Of a stretch of DNA of 64,000 nucleotides, positions 18,029 through 26,053 are shown one piece after another. Source of the stretch: an uncultured bacterium. GTDB lineage: Bacteria > Edwardsbacteria > AC1 > EtOH8. How positions within the stretch are numbered: position 1 is the stretch's first letter; every line of letters starts with the position of its first letter. The stretch lies in assembly GCA_963780225.1 (NCBI GenBank), contig CAWAAX010000006.1, positions 96,001 through 160,000 on the forward strand. Direction: 5' to 3'. The notes below the pieces were generated by a model, which was given only the letters and a program-made list of their open reading frames with translations, searched no databases and was not told the DNA's origin. The position numbers and the translations under genes are program-made.

Positions 18029-18490
18029 ATGACCGCTGAAGAGATCAAGAAAATATTAGAGGACAGCCTGGGTTCCAAGATCAAGGAGCTCACCACTCCG
18101 GCTCCCAGGAGGATGTTCATCTGGGTGGACAAGGAGAACCTGGTGGAAGCCTGCCGGGTGGCCAAGGAAAAGGCCGGGTTCTACCACATTTCCACCATCA
18201 CCCCGCGGGATACCGGGGACAAACTGGAGGCCCTGTATCACGTGGCCCAGGCCGGGATGGTGCTGACCATCAGGGCCCAGACCGACCGCAATCATCCCAT
18301 GCTTCCCACCGTGATCCCGGTCTATCCCGGGGCCGTGTTTTACGAGAGGGAGGTTCACGACCTGCTGGGAATCGGCATAGAGGGGCACCCCGACCTGCGT
18401 CCCCTGGTGCTGCCCGAGGACTGGCCGGCCAACGTCTTCCCGCTGCGCAAGGATTGGCAGTATAACCGGGAGAAAGGAGTGATAGAATAA
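18029..18490 (+). CDS. NuoC-like hydrogenase subunit
   Basis: YPGAVFYEREVHDLLGI.IEGHP....L......FPLRKD. Confidence 0.93.
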   Translation: MTAEEIKKILEDSLGSKIKELTTPAPRRMFIWVDKENLVEACRVAKEKAGFYHISTITPRDTGDKLEALYHVAQAGMVLTIRAQTDRNHPMLPTVIPVYPGAVFYEREVHDLLGIGIEGHPDLRPLVLPEDWPANVFPLRKDWQYNREKGVIE

Positions 18491-19680
18491 TGGGCACATT
18501 TATTTTGCCGGTGGGGCCGCAACATCCGGCCTTGAAGGAACCAACCTCTTTCCGCTTTTTGGTGGACGGCGAGACCGTGGTGGACGCCGATCTTCGTCTG
18601 GGCTACAACCACCGGGGGATCGAAAAGGGCGCCGAGAGCCGGACCTACATCCAGAATCTGTATCTGCTGGAGCGGGTCTGTGGGATCTGCTCCAACGCCC
18701 ATATGACCTGCTTTGCCCAGGGGGTGGAAAAACTGATGGGCCTGGAGCCGCCCAAGCGCGGCCTGTTCATCCGCTGTTTGATGGGCGAGCTGGAGAGGGT
18801 CCATTCTCACCTGCTCTGGTTGGGCGTGGCCGGGCATGAGGTGGGTTTCGACACCTTCTTCATGTACACCTGGCGCGACCGCGAGATCGTTCAGGACATG
18901 CTGGAGATGATCTCCGGCAACCGGGTCAACTACGGGATGCAGACCTTCGGCGGGGTGCGCCGCGACCTGGACGAGATGCAGATCAAGAACCTGCTGGAAG
19001 GCATCGCCGCCCTCAAGGCCCGTACCCCCTATTACCTGAACCTGGGCGCTTCGGAACCGACCCTGGTGGCCAGGATCTCCGGGGTGGGCAGGCTGCCCCT
19101 GGAGAAGGCGGTGGAGCTGAACGCGGTGGGCCCGACCGCCCGGGCCTCCGGCTGGAAGAGCGACGTCCGCCAGGACGATCCCTATGCCGGCTTCGGGGAA
19201 TTCATTCCCTTTAACATCGTCACCGACAACGGCGGCGACGTGCTGGCCCGGGTAGTGGTGCGGGCCAAGGAACTGATGGAGACCTACAACATCTGCGAAT
19301 ACATCTTAAAGAACCTGCCGGCCGGCGAGATCCGGGTCAAGGCTCCCCGCAAGGTGCCGGAGGGCGAGGTGGTCAGCCGGGTGGAGGCCCAGCGGGGCGA
19401 GGATATCCATTACGTCCGCTCCAACGGCACCGACAAGCCGGACCGGGTCAAGGTGCGGGCCCCGACCCTGGCCAACTGGCCTTCCACCCTGTACATGCTC
19501 CGGGGCGGCTATGTGGCCGACATTCCGATCGTGATGGCGGCCATAGACCCCTGCCTGTCCTGCACCGACCGGATGGCCATCATCACCGACGTCAAGCGCG
19601 GCTCGGAAAAGGTGATGGACTGGGAGACGCTGAGGCAGCACGGAATTGAATTTTACCGCAAACGCGGGATCAAGCTGTAA
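18490..19680 (+). CDS. Group 4 [NiFe]-hydrogenase large subunit
   Basis: GPQHP, HRGIEK, L1 ERVCGICSNAH, L2 DPCLSCTDR followed by a cleavable C-terminal extension. Confidence 0.96.
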   Translation: MGTFILPVGPQHPALKEPTSFRFLVDGETVVDADLRLGYNHRGIEKGAESRTYIQNLYLLERVCGICSNAHMTCFAQGVEKLMGLEPPKRGLFIRCLMGELERVHSHLLWLGVAGHEVGFDTFFMYTWRDREIVQDMLEMISGNRVNYGMQTFGGVRRDLDEMQIKNLLEGIAALKARTPYYLNLGASEPTLVARISGVGRLPLEKAVELNAVGPTARASGWKSDVRQDDPYAGFGEFIPFNIVTDNGGDVLARVVVRAKELMETYNICEYILKNLPAGEIRVKAPRKVPEGEVVSRVEAQRGEDIHYVRSNGTDKPDRVKVRAPTLANWPSTLYMLRGGYVADIPIVMAAIDPCLSCTDRMAIITDVKRGSEKVMDWETLRQHGIEFYRKRGIKL

Positions 19681-19695
19681 ACATTGAGGTAGCAA

Positions 19696-20667
19696 ATGGA
19701 CATCTTAAAAGTATTCCTGTATATCCTGGTCTATCCCGGGCTGCTGTTCCTGTTCGTCTATTCCACCTTCGTGGAATGGGTGGACCGGAAGCTGTACGCC
19801 AAGTTCCAGAACCGGATGGGGCCGATGCATACCGGCAGCCACGGCCTGCTGCAGCCCATCGCCGATTTCGTCAAGCTGATGGCCAAGGAAGACATCGTGC
19901 CCGAGTCGGCCGACAAGGGGCTTTTCAATGCGGTGCCGATCTTTGCCCTGGCCGCGGTGCTGACCTCGGGCCTGCTGCTTCCGGTATGGCACTTTACCCA
20001 GGGGATCGAGTCGGCCACCTCGTTCCAGGGCGACATCATAGTGATGGCCTATCTGCTGGCGCTGCCCACCTTTGCCTATTTCCTGGCGGGGTGGACCTCC
20101 ACCAGCATGTACGCCGCCATCGGCGGCGTCAGGGTGCTGACCCTGCTGTTCGCCTACGAGGTCCCGATGTTCCTGGCCATCCTGTCGCCGGCCGTCATGG
20201 CCGGCAGCTGGCGGCTGGCCGACATCGCGGCCTACTTTCAGGCCCATCCCCTGCACATGCTGTTCAACCTGATCGGCTTCGGGGTCGGGGTGATAGCCCT
20301 GCAGGCCAAGCTGGAACGGGTGCCGTTTGACATTCCCCACGCCGAGACCGAGGTGGTGGGCGGGGCCTTTACCGAATATTCCGGCCGCAAGCTGGCCATG
20401 TTCCGCCTGCTGGCCGATGTCCAGATGGTGGTGGGGGCCGGTTTCCTGTCCGCCCTGTTCCTGGGCGGGTTCCCGGGCGGGCTGATCCCCGGTTTCATCT
20501 GGTTCGTCATCAAGACCCTGGTCATCGTTTTCATCCTTTCGGCCATGAGGGCTGTCACCGCCAGGATCAGGATAGACCAGATGGTGGCCTTCAGCTGGCA
20601 GTATCTGGCCCCGCTGGCCCTGCTGCAATTAGTCATCGTCATCTTTATTAAAGGGTATATGCCATGA
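19696..20667 (+). CDS. NuoH/HycD-like membrane subunit
   Basis: DRKLYAKFQNRMGP, QPIADFVKL..KE, R.PFD..HAE.E....TEYSG, RIRIDQ. Confidence 0.95.
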   Translation: MDILKVFLYILVYPGLLFLFVYSTFVEWVDRKLYAKFQNRMGPMHTGSHGLLQPIADFVKLMAKEDIVPESADKGLFNAVPIFALAAVLTSGLLLPVWHFTQGIESATSFQGDIIVMAYLLALPTFAYFLAGWTSTSMYAAIGGVRVLTLLFAYEVPMFLAILSPAVMAGSWRLADIAAYFQAHPLHMLFNLIGFGVGVIALQAKLERVPFDIPHAETEVVGGAFTEYSGRKLAMFRLLADVQMVVGAGFLSALFLGGFPGGLIPGFIWFVIKTLVIVFILSAMRAVTARIRIDQMVAFSWQYLAPLALLQLVIVIFIKGYMP

Positions 20668-21044
20668 GTTTAAAATTAGGAGCCATGCTGCCCGAGGTGA
20701 TGAAGCACCTCTTTAAAAAAGTGGCCACCATTCCCTATCCCTTCCAAAAACTCTCAGTTCCCAAAGGCTTCCGGGGCCACCCGGTGATGGACCCCAAGCT
20801 TTGCATCGGCTGCCAGATGTGCGTCAAGGATTGCCCTTCCGAAGCCTTGGAGATCCACAAGGAATCTGAGACCACCGACGACCAGGGCAAGGTTTCCAAG
20901 AAGTTCTCCATGACCTTTTACCTGGACCGCTGCTCCCACTGTGCCCAGTGCGAGGAGATCTGTCCCAAGAAGGCCATTCACCTGAATTCCGAGTTCGAGG
21001 ACGGGGCCTTTGACCGGGGGGCGCTCAAGATAATCTACAAGTAA
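20664..21044 (+). CDS. 2x[4Fe-4S] subunit (NuoI/HycF-like)
   Basis: CIGCQMCVKDCP and CSHCAQCEEICP; YP......FRG. Confidence 0.95.
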   Translation: MSLKLGAMLPEVMKHLFKKVATIPYPFQKLSVPKGFRGHPVMDPKLCIGCQMCVKDCPSEALEIHKESETTDDQGKVSKKFSMTFYLDRCSHCAQCEEICPKKAIHLNSEFEDGAFDRGALKIIYK

Positions 21045-21183
21045 CGCCGGGGGCCGGCGCCAGTGCGCTGGGGGCTCATAATAAATGTTTTTAACGGATG
21101 GCCGGGCACAATGATTGTCCGGCCATTTTGCACGGTGGCCGGATCCCGGCGCTGCAACAGAAAAACGATAAAGGATTCTGATT

Positions 21184-21684
21184 ATGGAAGAATGGCAGTT
21201 AAAACTCACCGAACATCTGGCCGGGGCCAGGAACATAGCGGTGCTGGGCATCGGCAACGAGATGATGGGGGACGATGCGGCCGGAGCGCTGCTGGCCCGG
21301 GAGCTGAAGAAATGCAAAATGCAGAATGCAAAATGCAGAATTGAGATAATGGAAACCAGTACCACTCCGGAGAATTTCACCGGGGCCATCCGCAAGCTTC
21401 AGCCGGACCTGGTGGTGATGGTGGACGCGGCCGACATGAACCTGGAACCGGGCGCAGTAGGCTTTCTGGATACCAAGCAGATGCATACCATGATGCATTC
21501 CACCCATACCCTGCCGCTTTCGTTCCTGGCCGGTTACCTGGAGCAGATGGGCACGGCCAAGGTGATAGCCCTGGGGATCCAAGCCGGGCACATCAAGCTG
21601 GACCAGCCCATGACCCGGGAAGTGGCTGGTTCGGTCAAATTGATAGTCAAAACCTTTACCGATGTTCTTTGCGGGAGAGAATAG
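21184..21684 (+). CDS. hycI: Hydrogenase maturation endopeptidase (HycI-like)
   Basis: LGIGN...GDDAAG, PEN, VDAA, HSTH.LPL. Confidence 0.88.
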   Translation: MEEWQLKLTEHLAGARNIAVLGIGNEMMGDDAAGALLARELKKCKMQNAKCRIEIMETSTTPENFTGAIRKLQPDLVVMVDAADMNLEPGAVGFLDTKQMHTMMHSTHTLPLSFLAGYLEQMGTAKVIALGIQAGHIKLDQPMTREVAGSVKLIVKTFTDVLCGRE

Positions 21685-21687
21685 AGC

Positions 21688-23130
21688 TTGAGGACCGGGT
21701 TTTTGAATAAAATCTGGAAGGAACACGGCCAACGGGCAATGTTCTGGCTGGTGCTGGTCCTGGCCGCCTGGCTGCGCCTCCTGGGGATCGGCAGCAAAAG
21801 CCTTTGGTACGACGAGGCCTGGAGCGTGGCCCTGGCGGCGGTGGATCTGAAAACGGCGGTGATACTGGTCAAAGGCCAGATCTACCCGCCGTTGTATCAG
21901 ATCCTGCTGCACTTCTGGCTGTTATTGTTCGGAACCTCCGAGACGGCCGCCCGCTCACTGTCGGCAGTCTTTGGCATAGCCTCGGTGGCGGCCCTTTACA
22001 ATCTGACCGTCAGAATATCCGGCCGCCGCACCGCCCTGGTGGCGGCCCTGATCCTGGCGGTCTCGCCCTTTCACGTGGAATATTCCCAGGAGGCCCGGGG
22101 CTATTCCTTGCTGGTCCTTTTGTCGCTGCTTTCCTTCGATCTATTGCTGGTGTGGCTGGATGAACATAAATGGATAACCGGAACGGCTTATGCTGCCTTC
22201 ACTGCTCTGTGCTTGTATACTCATCCCTATGGTTTTTTGATCCCGTTGTCCCAGAGCCTGATCTGGATATTCCACCTGATAGAAGAAAAAAAACATCCGG
22301 GTAAAGAACTGCTATGGTGGCTGGGCCTGGGGTCGGCCATAGCCCTGTTGTTCCTGCCGGTCCTGCCGGTATTCCTGCGGGCGGCGGGCGAGGTCAGCCG
22401 GAATTTCTGGATCCGGCGTCCGGACTATTGGGACGTCTGGAATACGCTGAAATATTTTCTGGGACAAAGCCTGTGGAGCCTGATATCGCTGGGTTTGACG
22501 GTTCTGCTGGGCATCATCTCGATGCTGATATACGAGGGGGAACACCGGTTCCGGGCCAAGATCTATCTGGCCTGGTGGTGGCTTCCGATCCTGGCGGCCT
22601 TTGCCTTTTCTTCGCTGGCCTTTTCGGTCTACCAGATAAAATACCTGATCTTCGCCTCCATTCCCCTGTACCTGCTGGCAGCCGAGGGCATTGCCAAGCT
22701 GGAGCACCGGACGGCCAGGATAATAATGGTACTGCTGATCTCAGCCTCTTCGGTCCAGCCCCTGCTGGCTTATTACCAGAAACCAAAGATAGAGGAATGG
22801 CGGGGAACCGTCAATTATATCAAGTCCAGGCAAGCGCCCAAGGACATGGTGCTGATCTATCAGGAGAACGATTACGATGACATGTCGCTGGCCCTGTCAT
22901 ATTATTATGCACCCGATTCATCCAAAGTAACGGAAGTGGAGGGGGTGGACGATATCAAGGCCCTCAAGCGGTCCAGGGCCGGGCTTTGGTTGATAGTTAC
23001 ACATGTTCAAAACCCGGATTCGGTGGATCTGATCAAAGGACAGTTGGCTAAAAGATACAGTTTGATTGGGGAACAGAAATTTGCAGGGATCACACTGCTG
23101 CGGTATCTGCCCAAAAATCGCACCAAGTGA
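21688..23130 (+). CDS. GT-C glycosyltransferase (PMT/ArnT-like, GT39/83)
   Basis: SLWYDEA, PPLY, R.LS..FG, SP....YSQEARGY, YTH; many TM helices. Confidence 0.85.
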   Translation: MRTGFLNKIWKEHGQRAMFWLVLVLAAWLRLLGIGSKSLWYDEAWSVALAAVDLKTAVILVKGQIYPPLYQILLHFWLLLFGTSETAARSLSAVFGIASVAALYNLTVRISGRRTALVAALILAVSPFHVEYSQEARGYSLLVLLSLLSFDLLLVWLDEHKWITGTAYAAFTALCLYTHPYGFLIPLSQSLIWIFHLIEEKKHPGKELLWWLGLGSAIALLFLPVLPVFLRAAGEVSRNFWIRRPDYWDVWNTLKYFLGQSLWSLISLGLTVLLGIISMLIYEGEHRFRAKIYLAWWWLPILAAFAFSSLAFSVYQIKYLIFASIPLYLLAAEGIAKLEHRTARIIMVLLISASSVQPLLAYYQKPKIEEWRGTVNYIKSRQAPKDMVLIYQENDYDDMSLALSYYYAPDSSKVTEVEGVDDIKALKRSRAGLWLIVTHVQNPDSVDLIKGQLAKRYSLIGEQKFAGITLLRYLPKNRTK

Positions 23131-23139
23131 TGAAAAATG

Positions 23140-23168
23140 TTGACTTGTAACTGTCTTATTAGTATAAT
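23140..23168 (+). promoter_or_regulatory. Sigma70 promoter
   Basis: ttgact-N17-tataat. Confidence 0.8.
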
Positions 23169-23199
23169 TTTAGATTAAATGTTAAAATACGGAGGTCGT

Positions 23200-23379
23200 A
23201 TGCTGGATCCCAAATTACTGGAGATCCTGGCCTGCCCAAAATGCAAGGGCGAGCTGGAATACCGGCCCAAGGAACAAAAATTGTTATGCTGGAGCTGCAA
23301 GCTGGGCTACAACATCAAGGAAGATATTCCGATCATGCTGATCGACGAGGCTGAACCGCTCACTGGGAGCAAGAAATAA
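23200..23379 (+). CDS. Trm112/YcaR-family protein
   Basis: ATG at 23200 after ggagg; LLEILACPKCKG.L...C..C...Y.I...IPIML.DEA. Confidence 0.92.
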   Translation: MLDPKLLEILACPKCKGELEYRPKEQKLLCWSCKLGYNIKEDIPIMLIDEAEPLTGSKK

Positions 23380-23394
23380 CTTGCCCTCTCGTTG

Positions 23395-23529
23395 GAGATG
23401 CCATCAAGCAATGACAAGCGATGCTTGAAATGCCCGGCATGATGCCTTAATGACGTTTGAACGAACAATCAGTGCCGGACAAGTTATGTGACTTCTCAAA
23501 CATCGCCGGGCAGTATATCAAGGCATCTC
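23395..23529 (+). ncRNA. Candidate structured RNA upstream of murA (unassigned)
   Basis: Stems gagatgcc/ggcatctc, tcaagca/tgcttga, tgcccggc/gccgggca, gtttga/tcaaac. Confidence 0.35.
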
Positions 23530-23579
23530 TATCAGCGCCTGACCACCTGCATAACCACTCAATCGAGTACAAGGAAAAG

Positions 23580-24848
23580 ATGGACAAGTTTGTAATAGAC
23601 GGCGGACGTGAGCTCAAGGGAACCGTCAAAGTATCCGGGGCCAAGAACGCCACCCTGCCTGCTTTGGCGGCCGCGCTGCTGGCCTGCGGAAAAACGGTGC
23701 TGACCAATGTGCCCAACGTGATGGATGTCCGGACCATGCGGCGTCTGCTGCTGCGGCTGGGTGCCAAGGTGGAATTCTCGGGCGGAAACATGGAGATAGA
23801 TGTTCCCCAAAAGCTGAAATGCGAGGCCGAGTACGAGATCGTAAAACAGATGAGGGCTTCGTACTATGTCCTGGGTCCGCTGCTGGCCAGGTTCGGCAAG
23901 GCCCGGGTCTCCCTGCCCGGCGGCTGCGCCATCGGCGCCCGGCCCATGGATCTCCACCTGAAGGGGATGGAGGCTTTGGGCGCCAAGATCGACATAGTGC
24001 ACGGCTACGTTCAGGCCCAGGCGCCAAGGCTCAAGGGCGCCAAGGTCCAGCTGGCTGGAAGCCACGGGGTCTCGGTGGGAGCCACCATTAACGTGATGAT
24101 GGCCGCCGTGCTGGCCCAGGGCCGGACCGTGATCGAGTCGGCGGCCTGCGAACCGGAGGTGGTATCCACCGCCGAGATGCTCAACTGCATGGGGGCTGAG
24201 ATCATTGGGGCGGGCACTCCGGTGATCACCATCGAAGGCGTTGACGAACTGCATCCCTGCCAGTTCAAAATGATCCCCGACCGGATCGAGGCCGGCTCGC
24301 TGATGGCCGCCGCCGCCATCACCGGAGGATGCGTGACCATCGAGGATTGCCGGCCCGACCACCTGACTGCGGTGATCGAGACCTTGAGAAAGGCCGGGGT
24401 CAAGATAGCCCAGGGCGACGAAATGGTGACGGTGGAGGCCCGGCGCCGCCTGAAACCGATGGAAATACTGGTGGCCCCCTATCCCGGCTTTCCCACCGAC
24501 ATGCAGCCCCAGGTTATGGCCCTGACTACGGTTTGTTCGGGCCTCTCGACCGTTACCGAGACCATCTTCGAGAACCGCTTCATGCATGTCCCGGAATTGC
24601 AAAGGCTGGGAGCCGACATCAAGATAGAGGGCAACACCGCCATCGTCAAAGGCGTGCCCCGGCTGACTGCTGCCCCGGTGATGGGCTCCGATCTGCGGGC
24701 CTCGGCGGCACTAGTGATCGCCGCCTTGGCGGCCGAGGGCAGGACAGAGATCAACCGGATATACCATCTTGACCGGGGCTATGAGAACTGGGAGAGGAAG
24801 TTGAAGAAACTGGGGGCCAAGATCAGAAGGGTACATGTTCCGATGTGA
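23580..24848 (+). CDS. murA: UDP-N-acetylglucosamine 1-carboxyvinyltransferase
   Basis: Start MDKFVIDGG at 23580 after aagga; GAKNA, LPGGCAIGARP (active-site Cys), PDRIEAG, PGFPTDMQ, FENRF, DLRA, RGYE. Confidence 0.98.
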   Translation: MDKFVIDGGRELKGTVKVSGAKNATLPALAAALLACGKTVLTNVPNVMDVRTMRRLLLRLGAKVEFSGGNMEIDVPQKLKCEAEYEIVKQMRASYYVLGPLLARFGKARVSLPGGCAIGARPMDLHLKGMEALGAKIDIVHGYVQAQAPRLKGAKVQLAGSHGVSVGATINVMMAAVLAQGRTVIESAACEPEVVSTAEMLNCMGAEIIGAGTPVITIEGVDELHPCQFKMIPDRIEAGSLMAAAAITGGCVTIEDCRPDHLTAVIETLRKAGVKIAQGDEMVTVEARRRLKPMEILVAPYPGFPTDMQPQVMALTTVCSGLSTVTETIFENRFMHVPELQRLGADIKIEGNTAIVKGVPRLTAAPVMGSDLRASAALVIAALAAEGRTEINRIYHLDRGYENWERKLKKLGAKIRRVHVPM

Positions 24849-24869
24849 ACAAAATCAATTAACTTCCAT

Positions 24870-24925
24870 TAGCCACGGCCTTCCACCTTCGTTAATACTT
24901 CGGCGGACAAGTAAGGCCGTGGCTA
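24870..24925. repeat. Palindrome with a 29-nt REP-like unit in its centre
   Basis: tagccacggcctt[ccaccttcgttaatacttcggcggacaag]taaggccgtggcta. Confidence 0.8.
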
Positions 24926-24973
24926 TATAAGAAACCCATTATTAGCCATAATAAAAATTCAATATAGGGTACT

Positions 24974-25927
24974 ATGAACAATCTTGAAAAATCCATCAAA
25001 ATAGCGCTTACCGATTGCCTTGGCGTGAAACCCCAGGAAACGGTACTGGTCGTCACCGACGACCAGAAGATAGAAACAGCCGGGCTGTTCTATAAATACG
25101 CTCAGGGGTATGCCCGCGAGGTTACTTTGGCCTGCATGGCGCCGAGGCAGAACAACGGCCAGGAGCCGCCGCCGGCAATTGCTCAAATGATGCTGAAGTC
25201 GGATGTGATCTTCATGCTCACCTCAAAATCGCTGTCGCACACCCAGGCCCGGCGCCAGGCTTCAGACAAAGGAGCCCGGATAGCCAGCATGCCGGGGGCG
25301 ACCAGGGAAATGATCGTCAGGACCCTTTGTGCCGATCATCAGGCCATTAAAAAGATCGGGGAAAAACTCTCCCGGATCGTCAGCCGGGCCAGCCAGGTCC
25401 GGATCACCACCAAAGCTGGCACCGACCTAAACTTTTCCATCAAGGGCCGCCGGGCTCTTCCCGACCATGGCATCATCCATTCCAAGGGCGGTTTTACCAA
25501 CCTGCCGGCCGGAGAGGTATACGCCGCCCCGGTCGAAGGCAGCGCCAGTGGTCTGCTGGTCATCGATGGCTCCATAGCCGATATTTGGCCCCTCAAAAAG
25601 CCGATCAAAATTGCCATTGCCAATGGCTTTGCGGTAGGAGTTGAAAAAGGCCGGCAGGCTAAAGAATTGTGGCAGATAATCTCAGCCCACGGCCAGAAAG
25701 GGCTGAACGTAGCCGAGTTCGGCATCGGGATCAATCCCCAGGCCAAAATAACCGGCAATGTGCTGGAGGACGAAAAAGCTTTGGGCACCATTCACATTGC
25801 CTTTGGCGACAACTCCGGGTTTGGCGGCAAGGTCAAAGTGCCCAGTCACCAGGATGGGATCGTGAAAAACCCAGATGTCTGGCTGGATGGAAAGCAATTG
25901 ATGAAAAACGGAAAACTTTTAATTTGA
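24974..25927 (+). CDS. Peptidase M29 (AmpS/aminopeptidase T-like metallopeptidase)
   Basis: EPP..A..M, SLSHT.AR, NLPAGE, AEFGIG.NP, LEDEK..GT.HIAFG, H.D. Confidence 0.88.
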   Translation: MNNLEKSIKIALTDCLGVKPQETVLVVTDDQKIETAGLFYKYAQGYAREVTLACMAPRQNNGQEPPPAIAQMMLKSDVIFMLTSKSLSHTQARRQASDKGARIASMPGATREMIVRTLCADHQAIKKIGEKLSRIVSRASQVRITTKAGTDLNFSIKGRRALPDHGIIHSKGGFTNLPAGEVYAAPVEGSASGLLVIDGSIADIWPLKKPIKIAIANGFAVGVEKGRQAKELWQIISAHGQKGLNVAEFGIGINPQAKITGNVLEDEKALGTIHIAFGDNSGFGGKVKVPSHQDGIVKNPDVWLDGKQLMKNGKLLI

Positions 25928-26053
25928 ATGTCTGGCCTTTTCCTGGATTGACAGGATTAACATGATTTCACCGGATAAATCCCCGAATATGACCCATGCG
26001 GCGTAATTATTTACCAGGTTCCAATCTTTAGATAATAAATTTTGTTTTAAGAA

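Noticed and set aside
18490..19680. [NiFeSe] hydrogenase
   Set aside because: The L2 cysteines are TGC codons; there is no in-frame TGA.
9773..20628. Long minus-strand ORFs (e.g. 9773..11380, 11573..13036, 14694..15656, 19705..20628)
   Set aside because: Antisense shadows of GC3-rich membrane-protein genes with no recognisable motifs.
9842..21044. NADH:quinone oxidoreductase (nuo) call
   Set aside because: The large subunit retains both Ni-binding CxxC motifs, a maturation protease is present, and nuoEFG are absent.
23457..23579. 41-aa N-terminal extension of MurA
   Set aside because: MurA homology starts at ATG 23580, which has an RBS; the upstream part overlaps the structured region.
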